NCBI GenBank assembly: GCA_014816185.1
Contig: GCA_014816185.1_4095.1
DNA length: 64,000 nucleotides
Origin: a phage
Direction: 5' to 3' (one strand)
Shown: piece by piece, positions 46,647 through 55,505 of the stretch
How positions within the stretch are numbered: position 1 is the first letter of the stretch
Layout of the letters: each line of letters begins with the position of its first letter
Position numbers and translations under genes: made by a program
The notes under the pieces: model-generated
What the model saw: the letters and a program-made list of their open reading frames with translations, nothing else
What the model was told of the DNA's origin: nothing
Database searches by the model: none

Positions 46647-46979
46647 ATGAGTACTTCAATCGCTATCGTTAAAGCTTTCATCCGTACCAATGTTTCATCT
46701 GTATTCATCGACGGTCTGGATCGGGAAGTAGAATACTCAATCATTATCGCACAGACTGCAAACGGTGCTCGGTATATCCTTAATGATAGTGAAGCAAATC
46801 ACTACTACTTCACTAAAGCTACTGGCTTTAAACGCATCGATGCTGACGTAGTATACGCTAAGATGAATAAGCTGGTAGACAAGATTAACGCGAAAGGTAC
46901 TATCGATTTACAGTACTGGACCGAAACCGATCCAGAATATGGTTCTCACCGCTATCTGAATCCAGGTATTAAAATGTAA
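46647..46979 (+). CDS. hypothetical protein
   Basis: 110-aa ORF. Confidence 0.5.
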   Translation: MSTSIAIVKAFIRTNVSSVFIDGLDREVEYSIIIAQTANGARYILNDSEANHYYFTKATGFKRIDADVVYAKMNKLVDKINAKGTIDLQYWTETDPEYGSHRYLNPGIKM

Positions 46980-47068
46980 AAAGTACTTGCATAGTACTTA
47001 GAATCAAGTATAATGTTTTACATAGAGAGGGGGAAATGGTTCTCCCTCCTAAATTAAGGAGTTTTATC

Positions 47069-47470
47069 ATGACCTTCTCAATCAATTCCTTCGCTGACGT
47101 TTTAGTACTGGCTCGGACTTTTGGTAAAGATGCACTGGAGTACGCTGTAAGTAATGGTACTATCCAACCGGAACAGTGCCGCATCATTGGAAACTGCAAA
47201 CGTTGGGCGGTATCCAATACTATTGCACTGGAAAACTTCCACGATGGCAACAATGAATATTCTGTTGATGTAGTATTCGAAGCCGTTGATCTCGGCGGTA
47301 TCTATAATACTAACCTGAATGATGTGCGTATCGTTCGCACGGGGTTCGGTGCTTATGATGTATCTATCCGTGAAGCTATGGACAACGGATACATTAGCAA
47401 GGACTTACTTGCTCACATCATGCAGCTGTGTACGGAACGTAACGAAGCACGCACTATCTTAGGACTGTAA
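47069..47470 (+). CDS. hypothetical protein
   Basis: start MTFSINSF at 47069. Confidence 0.5.
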   Translation: MTFSINSFADVLVLARTFGKDALEYAVSNGTIQPEQCRIIGNCKRWAVSNTIALENFHDGNNEYSVDVVFEAVDLGGIYNTNLNDVRIVRTGFGAYDVSIREAMDNGYISKDLLAHIMQLCTERNEARTILGL

Positions 47471-47538
47471 GCGTTACACATCACCAAACATCATAGGCCG
47501 CCTTGTAGCGGCCTTAACTATATCAGGAGGGCATACAT

Positions 47539-47748
47539 ATGTTCTATACAGTATACAGCGTTCTAGGTACTATTGCAGGCGTACATGATAACGTCAATGA
47601 TGCTATGCGTACAGTACTGCAACAGGTTCCACTAAAGCCTAAGACCATTAAGCAGATGACAGCACGACTAACCAGGGCGACCGATGGCGTGGAAGTATGG
47701 CAGGACTACGGGGATACACAGATAATCGTTAGCGTAACGAAGGATTAA
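47539..47748 (+). CDS. hypothetical protein
   Basis: 69-aa ORF. Confidence 0.45.
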   Translation: MFYTVYSVLGTIAGVHDNVNDAMRTVLQQVPLKPKTIKQMTARLTRATDGVEVWQDYGDTQIIVSVTKD

Positions 47749-47997
47749 TGCGTAAAGGGATCTAGTACTGATTCAGAAAAAAGTCAAGGCGTTTTTAAAA
47801 TTATGCGTTAAAAAAATGCATAGGTAATCCCTTGACTTTTTTGAAATAAAAGGGATTGGACTATGGCAAAATGCGTAGGGGGCTAAAGGGCGGGTAACCT
47901 TAGCGACTTCGATAAAGGGGTATTACGAATAAAATGTTATTGACTTTTTATATGAATCGTATAAAATATGATCGATAATAATTTTAAGGGAGTCCCT

Positions 47998-48195
47998 ATG
48001 CGTATTTTAACTAAAGAACAGCACCACGAAAGACTTATCAATAACATGGCTATGATAATGTATAAGTCCCATGACCGTGGTATTGCCTATAAGCGTGAAT
48101 TAATTATGGCACTATTCATTGGAACTAACTTTCAGGAAAGGTATGTCAACGATTGGATTTGGTATTTAATTGAAGATATAACGAGTAAACTATGA
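47998..48195 (+). CDS. GTNYQE-family small protein (first member)
   Basis: start MRILTKEQ; motif IGTNFQERYV; C-term ITSKL. Confidence 0.55.
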   Translation: MRILTKEQHHERLINNMAMIMYKSHDRGIAYKRELIMALFIGTNFQERYVNDWIWYLIEDITSKL

Positions 48196-48392
48196 AAATG
48201 CGTATTTTAAATAAAGAAGAATATCAATCACTGTTACGTAAAAACTTCACAAAGATTTATAATACAGACACACACGTAGAACGAATGGAGTTATACCTTT
48301 TGATTACTTTGGGAACTAACTATCAGGAAAGATGGGTGATTCAATATATGGATACATTGAAAAATAAAATATTGTCCACGAGGAAACAATGA
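48192..48392 (+). CDS. GTNYQE-family small protein
   Basis: LGTNYQERWV; ATGA overlap. Confidence 0.55.
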   Translation: MKMRILNKEEYQSLLRKNFTKIYNTDTHVERMELYLLITLGTNYQERWVIQYMDTLKNKILSTRKQ

Positions 48393-48598
48393 AAACTATA
48401 ACACGAACCCAATCATACGGTCTTATCTTGAAATACATGGACTTAATGGTGGATATCAGCAAAGACCTTCCTAAAACTGAAATTGAAGTTGCAAGAGCAG
48501 AGATCCGCATGTTGGCTGTACTGAACACAAACCATCAGGAAGATTATGTTGAAGAATGGATTCGATTTTTAATTCAAGATATAAAGAGTAAATTATGA
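48389..48598 (+). CDS. GTNYQE-family small protein
   Basis: LNTNHQEDYV..IKSKL. Confidence 0.55.
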   Translation: MKTITRTQSYGLILKYMDLMVDISKDLPKTEIEVARAEIRMLAVLNTNHQEDYVEEWIRFLIQDIKSKL

Positions 48599-48810
48599 TT
48601 ATTATAGAAAACTCATATCAATATACTGAACGCATCGCTGCCAGACAACTTGAAATCCTCATAATATACGAAGAGACTTCTGATTTAAACTTAGCCGAGG
48701 TATTGGAAAATGATATACTATTGGGTGCATTCTTAGGAACAGACTATCAGAAGTATTATGAGGAAAAGTATTTGTCATCTCTTGAGAAATATATCAGGAG
48801 CAAATTATGA
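48595..48810 (+). CDS. GTNYQE-family small protein
   Basis: LGTDYQKYY..IRSKL. Confidence 0.55.
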   Translation: MIIIENSYQYTERIAARQLEILIIYEETSDLNLAEVLENDILLGAFLGTDYQKYYEEKYLSSLEKYIRSKL

Positions 48811-49019
48811 TTTTTTTAACACCAGAAGAATATAAGAAACGTTTCAATTCCGCACAGGGTGAAATCTTACTTATATACCTTTCAAATGCAGACCTTAACT
48901 TATCAAGGGTATTAGAAAAAGATTTACTTATGGGTGCATTCCTTGATACAGACTTTCAGGTGTATTATGTAGGGGAATACTTAATTGCACTTCAAAATTA
49001 TATCAGGAGTAAACTATGA
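48807..49019 (+). CDS. GTNYQE-family small protein
   Basis: close paralog of 48595. Confidence 0.55.
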   Translation: MIFLTPEEYKKRFNSAQGEILLIYLSNADLNLSRVLEKDLLMGAFLDTDFQVYYVGEYLIALQNYIRSKL

Positions 49020-49234
49020 AACATTTAAGTAACTCCGAGAAGAATAAAATTATCGTTGCTGCAATAAACAAATATTTTACACTTCCTCACACAGAAGGTT
49101 TATGTGTAAGGGAACACAGGATAAACACCACCGATATACGCATGATGGCTGTACTGGGGACGAACTTTCAGGAAGAGTATGTTGTTGCACACATAGTTGC
49201 CCTCACTGATTTAATAAGGGACAAATGCAAATGA
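49016..49234 (+). CDS. GTNYQE-family small protein
   Basis: LGTNFQEEYV. Confidence 0.55.
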   Translation: MKHLSNSEKNKIIVAAINKYFTLPHTEGLCVREHRINTTDIRMMAVLGTNFQEEYVVAHIVALTDLIRDKCK

Positions 49235-49539
49235 AACACTTAACTGATGATGAATTTGAAACTATAATTCGTAAACTAACCCCCATCACAAGGATAGTCT
49301 ACGGTGACCCCAGCCTTACATGGAACCAAATGCGAGCTAAAGTTAATGAGCTATGGTTGCTGTACTTTATGGGGACTCAATATCAAGATAAGTTTTGCAC
49401 AGAATATATCGAACAATTAACGAATGTTATACAGGATAAACTAGATGATTATTTGCTCACAAAACATGAAGATTTTATCAGGAGTGGAGTATCAGACTGC
49501 CCTCTTCTCTCTTCTAAACACCCTCCGCACGAACAATAA
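49225..49539 (+). CDS. GTNYQE-family protein with C-terminal read-through extension
   Basis: MGTQYQDKF; junction reads aaactaGATGA where the family pattern would be aaactATGA, so the stop is lost and the ORF runs 31 codons into the next gene. Confidence 0.45.
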   Translation: MQMKHLTDDEFETIIRKLTPITRIVYGDPSLTWNQMRAKVNELWLLYFMGTQYQDKFCTEYIEQLTNVIQDKLDDYLLTKHEDFIRSGVSDCPLLSSKHPPHEQ

Positions 49540-49717
49540 ACTTTATAATTCCCGTGAAGCTGATATCGTCAACGCTGATGTATATCTTAATAAATTCATA
49601 GGGACTAACTATCAAGAACTGTTCACTCTACGATATATCGCTGCATTGAGAAACGAAATATCAGATAAAACCCGTCAAGCCAGAAGAGAATGGAATAAAC
49701 AATGCGACACAGACTAA
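49445..49717 (+). CDS. GTNYQE-family small protein
   Basis: IGTNYQELF. Confidence 0.5.
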   Translation: MIICSQNMKILSGVEYQTALFSLLNTLRTNNKLYNSREADIVNADVYLNKFIGTNYQELFTLRYIAALRNEISDKTRQARREWNKQCDTD

Positions 49718-49953
49718 ATCACAAAATGTATTGTAAACTATTACAGACACTGGCACAGAAACACTATGACACTGTATCTGAAATATTACCCTATGATATC
49801 ATGCGTTTAATTCATAGTGAGGCAGAGATGCTTGTACTGATGACAGGCACTGATAAAAAAGCAATTGCCAAATCAATAGATATGTTCATCGAAGCACAAT
49901 GTCAACACATTAGAACCGAGATATGGAGACGAGAGAATGATAACACTAAATGA
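49702..49953 (+). CDS. GTNYQE-family-like small protein (divergent)
   Basis: MTGTDKKAI in place of the motif. Confidence 0.45.
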   Translation: MRHRLNHKMYCKLLQTLAQKHYDTVSEILPYDIMRLIHSEAEMLVLMTGTDKKAIAKSIDMFIEAQCQHIRTEIWRRENDNTK

Positions 49954-50152
49954 GTTTCAGTATCATTGGAGGTTACAAACTATCAAATCAAAAGTGTATA
50001 GTATTGTGTTAAACAAATCTATTGCACAAGAGGACAAATGTGTTATAATAGCTGAAATGAAGTTGGGTGCTTTCGTAGGGACAAACTATCAAAACATCTA
50101 CACTGACGTATTGTTAAGTGCCTTACGTAACAAGGTGGTATCCAAAATATGA
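49937..50152 (+). CDS. GTNYQE-family small protein
   Basis: VGTNYQNIY. Confidence 0.55.
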   Translation: MITLNEFQYHWRLQTIKSKVYSIVLNKSIAQEDKCVIIAEMKLGAFVGTNYQNIYTDVLLSALRNKVVSKI

Positions 50153-50367
50153 GAAATTTACAAGGCTTTGAATACATCAGACTCCTGAAAACATGTGGAA
50201 GCAGAAGGAGAATGATATCAAGCGATAAGAGCATCCAAGCTAACCTTAAGCACGCACTAGTAACTGAACTCTATGTAGGTGCACTCTTAGGCACAAACTA
50301 TCAACAAATGTATGTGGATCTATGGATTGACGCTCTACAGAAAGAGGTTAAAAGTAAATGCAAATGA
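50149..50367 (+). CDS. GTNYQE-family small protein
   Basis: LGTNYQQMYV. Confidence 0.55.
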   Translation: MRNLQGFEYIRLLKTCGSRRRMISSDKSIQANLKHALVTELYVGALLGTNYQQMYVDLWIDALQKEVKSKCK

Positions 50368-50576
50368 TTAATTTAAGTAAAGACGAATTTTATGTTATAC
50401 TGGCGAAAACTTATCCAGCACGTAAGGCCGTTTATGATAGTCACATTATTGAACCCTCAAAGAAGTTGATTTTAGTAAATGAGATAAAGATGCTTTCAGT
50501 CTTAGGAACAAACTATCAAGAGAATGCTGTACTGATGTTAATTGATGCCCTCCAGCGAGAGGTTAAACGTAAATGA
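50358..50576 (+). CDS. GTNYQE-family small protein
   Basis: LGTNYQENAV. Confidence 0.55.
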   Translation: MQMINLSKDEFYVILAKTYPARKAVYDSHIIEPSKKLILVNEIKMLSVLGTNYQENAVLMLIDALQREVKRK

Positions 50577-50803
50577 AAATGATTAATTTAACTTACCATG
50601 AATATCAAAAACGTTTAAATGCATCCAGAGATATAAGGATTCAAATATTCAATAACAAAAGATTGAAGCCTGATATCAGGAAAATCAAAATCATAGAAGC
50701 CGTGTTGTGCAACTTCCTAGGGACTAACTATCAGGAAGGTAAGGTAGAAAACTATCTTATAGAACTCATGAATAGTATTGAAAATAAATGTAAGGGTAAT
50801 TAA
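50573..50803 (+). CDS. GTNYQE-family small protein
   Basis: LGTNYQEGKV; 3' end duplicated at 51038-51076. Confidence 0.55.
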   Translation: MKMINLTYHEYQKRLNASRDIRIQIFNNKRLKPDIRKIKIIEAVLCNFLGTNYQEGKVENYLIELMNSIENKCKGN

Positions 50804-50804
50804 C

Positions 50805-51044
50805 ATGAAAATGATTAAATTATCTCAAGCAAAATATAAAGAACGCCTGGTAAAAATTGCACCTGGACTTAATGAAATCCATCACGGAGAAGTCATTAAA
50901 CACGGAAATAAGATGATTATGAAACTTGAGTTAAAGGTGGGTGCATTCATAGGAACAAACTATCAGGAGTATTATGTAGATGAATACATAATCGCACTTA
51001 AGAGATACATTGGAAGAAAACTATATCTACAAACTAAAGAATAG
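50805..51044 (+). CDS. GTNYQE-family small protein
   Basis: start MKMIKLSQ; IGTNYQEYYV. Confidence 0.55.
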   Translation: MKMIKLSQAKYKERLVKIAPGLNEIHHGEVIKHGNKMIMKLELKVGAFIGTNYQEYYVDEYIIALKRYIGRKLYLQTKE

Positions 51045-51073
51045 TATTGAAAATAAATGTAAGGGTAATTAAC

Positions 51074-51394
51074 ATGCAAATGATCAATTTAAGTAAAGAT
51101 GAATATACCGAGCGTATGACAAAAATTACGCACAAACGTAATACAATCTATCACAACCCAGAAATTCAACACAGTAAGAAAATGATTATGATGCGTGAGT
51201 TAAAGATGGGTGTATTCTTAGGAACAAACTATCAAGATACAGAAGTAAATCGCTTAATCGCGGAGTTGCTACTGGAAATCAGAGGTAAGCTGTACTTTCA
51301 TCAAATGACCCAACCACTGAGGTGTACTAAGAAATGTTCAACATCACATTGCAAGAAAGATTCATCCGAATCAACTATGCAATTACCAAATTAG
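51074..51394 (+). CDS. GTNYQE-family protein with C-terminal extension
   Basis: start MQMINLSK; LGTNYQDTEV; extends ~40 codons past family length into next gene. Confidence 0.45.
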   Translation: MQMINLSKDEYTERMTKITHKRNTIYHNPEIQHSKKMIMMRELKMGVFLGTNYQDTEVNRLIAELLLEIRGKLYFHQMTQPLRCTKKCSTSHCKKDSSESTMQLPN

Positions 51395-51549
51395 ATGCTA
51401 CTATAGGATTCCAAAGTCTACCATACAAAACCAGATTGTTATTAGAGTGTGAAGCTAAGTTGGGTGTACTGTTAGGGACGCAACACCAACAACGATATGT
51501 GGAAATCTGGATTGACCTTTTAACCCAAAATATATATGAGAGAATGTAA
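51334..51549 (+). CDS. GTNYQE-family small protein
   Basis: LGTQHQQRYV. Confidence 0.5.
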   Translation: MFNITLQERFIRINYAITKLDATIGFQSLPYKTRLLLECEAKLGVLLGTQHQQRYVEIWIDLLTQNIYERM

Positions 51550-51780
51550 ATGCAAAATGAAATGATATACTTAACGAATGAAGAATTTCAAGAGAAGATG
51601 TTAAAAACCAAAAACATTACTCTTAAGTTCGTTCCAAATCAATCAATATCTGAAGTATCTGCAAATGTATTGTTTCAGAAGCTACCATACGTTCTTGGAA
51701 CTGATAAACAAGAATTTATGGTTCAAAATATGATTGAACATCTTATAATGAGTATTAAGGAAAAAGTAAATGCAAAATGA
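51550..51780 (+). CDS. GTNYQE-family small protein
   Basis: LGTDKQEFMV. Confidence 0.55.
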   Translation: MQNEMIYLTNEEFQEKMLKTKNITLKFVPNQSISEVSANVLFQKLPYVLGTDKQEFMVQNMIEHLIMSIKEKVNAK

Positions 51781-52024
51781 AATGATATACTTAACCTATA
51801 ATGAATACGTCGAGAGATTAGTTCGTGCCAAGAGATATACCAATAAACGTCCAATTGACCTAAACCAAACCCCAGCAGAAAGGAGTGCAGAAGTATTATT
51901 CCAATCACTACCATATCTTCTGGGAACTGATAGACAAGAGGAATATGTTGCACGTATGATTAGATATCTTAAAATCACTATTAAGGAAAAAGTAAATGCA
52001 AATGAAATACTTAACAGACGATGA
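51770..52024 (+). CDS. GTNYQE-family small protein
   Basis: LGTDRQEEYV; paralog of 51550. Confidence 0.55.
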   Translation: MQNEMIYLTYNEYVERLVRAKRYTNKRPIDLNQTPAERSAEVLFQSLPYLLGTDRQEEYVARMIRYLKITIKEKVNANEILNRR

Positions 52025-52247
52025 GTTAAAAGAACGACTAATTAAATCAAGAAAACATACAAATCAACTTCCAAACGACACAAACAAGTCTCCAGCGGAA
52101 AGGAGTGCAGAAGTTTTATACATTCAACTCATGTACTTTCTTGGCACTGACAGACAAGAGTATTACATTGAAAGTATGCTTCGATATCTTAAATTCTCTA
52201 TAAAGGAAAAGATACATGATCAAGTATTTAAAAATCCTAACTGCTAA
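51996..52247 (+). CDS. GTNYQE-family small protein
   Basis: LGTDRQEYYI. Confidence 0.55.
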   Translation: MQMKYLTDDELKERLIKSRKHTNQLPNDTNKSPAERSAEVLYIQLMYFLGTDRQEYYIESMLRYLKFSIKEKIHDQVFKNPNC

Positions 52248-52458
52248 TGAATATCATAAGATTGTAATGAAGACTAATAGTGCTTACGCTAAAAAATCAA
52301 ACCCCAAGTACATACTGGAACACACATTTGAAGAACGTCAATTAGCTTTAGTTGAAGCAAAACTTCTTGCACTATTAGGAACAAACTATCAGGAAGAATA
52401 CAATAGAAAACTAATATACCTTTTAACTAAACATATAAGAAAAAGAAAAAATGCATGA
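52216..52458 (+). CDS. GTNYQE-family small protein
   Basis: LGTNYQEEY. Confidence 0.55.
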   Translation: MIKYLKILTANEYHKIVMKTNSAYAKKSNPKYILEHTFEERQLALVEAKLLALLGTNYQEEYNRKLIYLLTKHIRKRKNA

Positions 52459-52685
52459 AACACTTGACAGATGATGAACATGGGCTTATAGTAATGGATG
52501 TAATCAACATCGAATACAAAAAGTTGATACGCTATCGTTGTTATGAAGATAAGCAACTCGTTCTAGCAGAACAGAAGTTGTTTCGACTCTTAAACACAAA
52601 CTACCAAGCACAATACGAAGAATCGTATATGTACCTTTTGGCGAGGAAAGCAAAAAGAGATTATGAAAATTTTAAGCAAAGGTGA
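52455..52685 (+). CDS. GTNYQE-family small protein
   Basis: LNTNYQAQY. Confidence 0.55.
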   Translation: MKHLTDDEHGLIVMDVINIEYKKLIRYRCYEDKQLVLAEQKLFRLLNTNYQAQYEESYMYLLARKAKRDYENFKQR

Positions 52686-52884
52686 TTCAGTAATATTACT
52701 TATAGAGAGTTCAAGTAAATTCTTAAACATAACACTGTCTGATATAGATGAAGATGATAAAGAAGTACTGAGAGCAGATTTAAGAGTACTGTTACATATC
52801 GGAACAAACCTACAAGAAGAATATGTAGAGTGCTACATTAATGAACTTAAAGAATCAGTACTGAGAAAATGCAAATGCAAATGA
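52663..52884 (+). CDS. GTNYQE-family small protein
   Basis: IGTNLQEEYV. Confidence 0.55.
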   Translation: MKILSKGDSVILLIESSSKFLNITLSDIDEDDKEVLRADLRVLLHIGTNLQEEYVECYINELKESVLRKCKCK

Positions 52885-53108
52885 AAATCATTTCACCCAC
52901 AGAATACAACCAACTATTAAGTAGTTTAATTCTAAAGCTGTTTATAACAAAAAGCATGAAATTACCAGATGATGAAATAAGTATTCTAGTAAGTGAAATC
53001 TATGTTCAAGCTACACTAGGGACTAACTATCAAGAATGCAATATTAATGATTACATCAATGAACTAAAAAGGTTTATCCAATGCAAATGCGAATCATTAC
53101 CGAAGTAG
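52869..53108 (+). CDS. GTNYQE-family small protein
   Basis: LGTNYQECN. Confidence 0.55.
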   Translation: MQMQMKIISPTEYNQLLSSLILKLFITKSMKLPDDEISILVSEIYVQATLGTNYQECNINDYINELKRFIQCKCESLPK

Positions 53109-53323
53109 AATACCTAACAATCATAAATGGACTGTTTTCGAAGTTATTTGCCATTAACACATCAAAACTTCCAGATTCTGATAAAATTATTAAGTTAAAT
53201 GAAATCTACGTTCAAGCTACTCTAGGAACAAACTATCAAGAAGCCAATGTGTATAATTACATTAATACACTCAAAAGGGTAATACAATTAAAATGCACAG
53301 ACAGCACACACACAAACCCCTAG
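53081..53323 (+). CDS. GTNYQE-family small protein
   Basis: LGTNYQEANV; close paralog of 52869. Confidence 0.55.
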   Translation: MQMRIITEVEYLTIINGLFSKLFAINTSKLPDSDKIIKLNEIYVQATLGTNYQEANVYNYINTLKRVIQLKCTDSTHTNP

Positions 53324-53523
53324 GAACAGCAGAATACATTGAACTAATGGCTGCAAACTTCTCATCCTTTAAGAAACTGATGCAAGAATCAAAGAATGAT
53401 TTAGAATATCACATCAAAAGTTCAGATTTAAGATTGCTACTCACTCTAGGAACAGATTCCCAAGAGCGATTTGTCAATGAGCATATTAGAGCACTTTTAA
53501 ATGGCATCAGGAATAAACTATGA
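53293..53523 (+). CDS. GTNYQE-family small protein
   Basis: LGTDSQERFV. Confidence 0.5.
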   Translation: MHRQHTHKPLGTAEYIELMAANFSSFKKLMQESKNDLEYHIKSSDLRLLLTLGTDSQERFVNEHIRALLNGIRNKL

Positions 53524-53735
53524 AGGAAATATCAAATCAAGAGTACTTGGCACTATTCAGGAAGAATAATCACAAATATATGGCACTTGATTCAAGAACT
53601 GATATAAGTGAACTTGAAAAAAATCTTTTGCGTTCAGAGATGATAGTACTGACACTCTTAGGAACACAGCATCAAGAGAGAACTGTTAATTCACACATAG
53701 GGATTCTTATGCAGATAGTTCAGGAAAAGATATGA
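53520..53735 (+). CDS. GTNYQE-family small protein
   Basis: LGTQHQERTV. Confidence 0.55.
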   Translation: MKEISNQEYLALFRKNNHKYMALDSRTDISELEKNLLRSEMIVLTLLGTQHQERTVNSHIGILMQIVQEKI

Positions 53736-53953
53736 GAATCATAACACAACAAGATATTCTTAAGTTCACAAGGGTTCATGCATCTGAATTTGATGCTATA
53801 TTATCAAAAAGTTACAACAACCCTTATACACAAGATGTACATTACAGTGAATTATGGATGTATATACTTTTAGGTACAAATAAGCAAGAGCAAGCCGTAC
53901 AGAAGTATTTGACAGCTTTACGTGATGCTACTGCTAATGGAGTATGTGTTTAA
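53732..53953 (+). CDS. GTNYQE-family small protein
   Basis: LGTNKQEQAV. Confidence 0.55.
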   Translation: MRIITQQDILKFTRVHASEFDAILSKSYNNPYTQDVHYSELWMYILLGTNKQEQAVQKYLTALRDATANGVCV

Positions 53954-53954
53954 T

Positions 53955-54197
53955 ATGAAAGTACTGACAGAACTAGAAATGTATCATAGATTTAATAAGT
54001 ACTATCATTTACTTAAGCCTATACAGAGGATTAAATGTCCATTTGAAGAGAAACAGGTTTTAATCTATGAGCACAAGTTCTTTGTATCATTAGGTACAGA
54101 TCAACAAGAGTACTATTTGACGTTGTACTTGATTACATTAATAGATTTAATTCACTATAAAACCAAACAAGCTAATAAAGAGAAATATGAAAACTAA
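53955..54197 (+). CDS. GTNYQE-family small protein (last in array)
   Basis: start MKVLTELE; LGTDQQEYYL. Confidence 0.5.
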   Translation: MKVLTELEMYHRFNKYYHLLKPIQRIKCPFEEKQVLIYEHKFFVSLGTDQQEYYLTLYLITLIDLIHYKTKQANKEKYEN

Positions 54198-54531
54198 TAT
54201 ACAACTCAAGGTATATAAATCATTTGAACATACATATATCAAAAGTAGTCTATGTAGAGATGTAATGGATTACAAGGGTAAGCCATTCACAATTACCTAT
54301 GATTCTTATGTTAGTGATTTATATATATCATTTGTTAATTACGAAAATAAAATATACAAGCACGTTGATATTAAAGATTTAAGTACTTTATCACCAGAGG
54401 AATACTTTCAGGAATCATTAGTATGGGATTTAGAGTTTCCTATGCCATTAGTACATAAGATGATAGTACTAATGAAAGAATCTAAACAGGAGCCTAATGG
54501 TGATTATGAAGAACACACAGTTGAGTACTGA
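54187..54531 (+). CDS. FQxSL-family protein
   Basis: LSPEEYFQESLVWDLEFP. Confidence 0.55.
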   Translation: MKTNIQLKVYKSFEHTYIKSSLCRDVMDYKGKPFTITYDSYVSDLYISFVNYENKIYKHVDIKDLSTLSPEEYFQESLVWDLEFPMPLVHKMIVLMKESKQEPNGDYEEHTVEY

Positions 54532-54892
54532 TAATATTAAGAGTTATACAAGCTCAAGTACTGTGACAATCGAAGTGAATTCTATTAATGCTGGTAATGC
54601 AGTAGATAAGTTCTTTATTGCTCAAGGGTACAGGAAAGATATTCATCAATATTGTTCAGTATATGGGGAGTACAATAGTACTGAAGATATAATTTATTGG
54701 TCAACACATCAAGATTATCTAACTAAAATTGGAGTTCCAGATGTTAGTACTTTATCTGAAGAAGAATACTTTCAGTACAGCTTAGTACATGATGTACCTA
54801 TACCTTTAGGGTTAATCAAGGGTATACAGGAAGAGGTTCATAAGCTTAAATCCATGAGTAAAGGTACTTTCATTAGAACAGTGCAATACTAG
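54497..54892 (+). CDS. FQxSL-family protein
   Basis: LSEEEYFQYSLVHDVP; start may be 54506. Confidence 0.55.
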   Translation: MVIMKNTQLSTDNIKSYTSSSTVTIEVNSINAGNAVDKFFIAQGYRKDIHQYCSVYGEYNSTEDIIYWSTHQDYLTKIGVPDVSTLSEEEYFQYSLVHDVPIPLGLIKGIQEEVHKLKSMSKGTFIRTVQY

Positions 54893-54951
54893 CTTGACAG
54901 TACTTTTCATTACTGATATAGTACACTAACGTTAATCATAGGGTAAAAATT

Positions 54952-55197
54952 ATGTTAAATTTTTTAAATTTCCTTATCGTTTTGTGTATTGTTCTTGGGA
55001 TTGCACCATTTGTATTGTATTTCATGGATTCAGATGAAATGCAGAAGATGAATTGCACAAGGACAGGACAGAGTAGAGTAGAGACGATTCTTATGCCTGT
55101 TACGGTTATTGTTAACAACATGCCCATTACGAACATGGTCCCTACCCTAACGACAACGTACCAGTACTCTTGTGCTGACGGTGAGAGGTGGAGATGA
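54952..55197 (+). CDS. small membrane protein
   Basis: 81 aa; hydrophobic N-terminus. Confidence 0.45.
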   Translation: MLNFLNFLIVLCIVLGIAPFVLYFMDSDEMQKMNCTRTGQSRVETILMPVTVIVNNMPITNMVPTLTTTYQYSCADGERWR

Positions 55198-55505
55198 AAT
55201 TTAATATAGCAAAAACATCGAGTATATGTATTTTTGGTTATGCTGATGAGTTAGGTGATATTGACATTCTTTTGTACAAAAAGGATGGTGTTATGCATTT
55301 CAAGTACCAGGATGAAGAGGCAGACAATTATCCTTTACCTAATTTAGTACAAATGCAGGAAGATGAATTATTCCAGTACAGCTTAGTATACGACATTGAT
55401 ATTTGCACGATGCCAGTACTAATTAGTATTCAAAAAGTGATGCTCGATATGTATGATAAGCTAATACAAGGTACATCAGGGAGAATCATTGAAATTGACA
55501 TATAA
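55188..55505 (+). CDS. FQxSL-family protein
   Basis: QEDELFQYSLVYDID. Confidence 0.55.
   Translation: MEMKFNIAKTSSICIFGYADELGDIDILLYKKDGVMHFKYQDEEADNYPLPNLVQMQEDELFQYSLVYDIDICTMPVLISIQKVMLDMYDKLIQGTSGRIIEIDI

Noticed and set aside
39347-47253. Minus-strand ORFs 39347..39757, 41744..41974, 42232..42483, 44983..45405, 46505..46744, 46969..47253
   Set aside because: Each overlaps a plus-strand gene that has a PeSL promoter and RBS; the plus strand is the consistently coding strand here.
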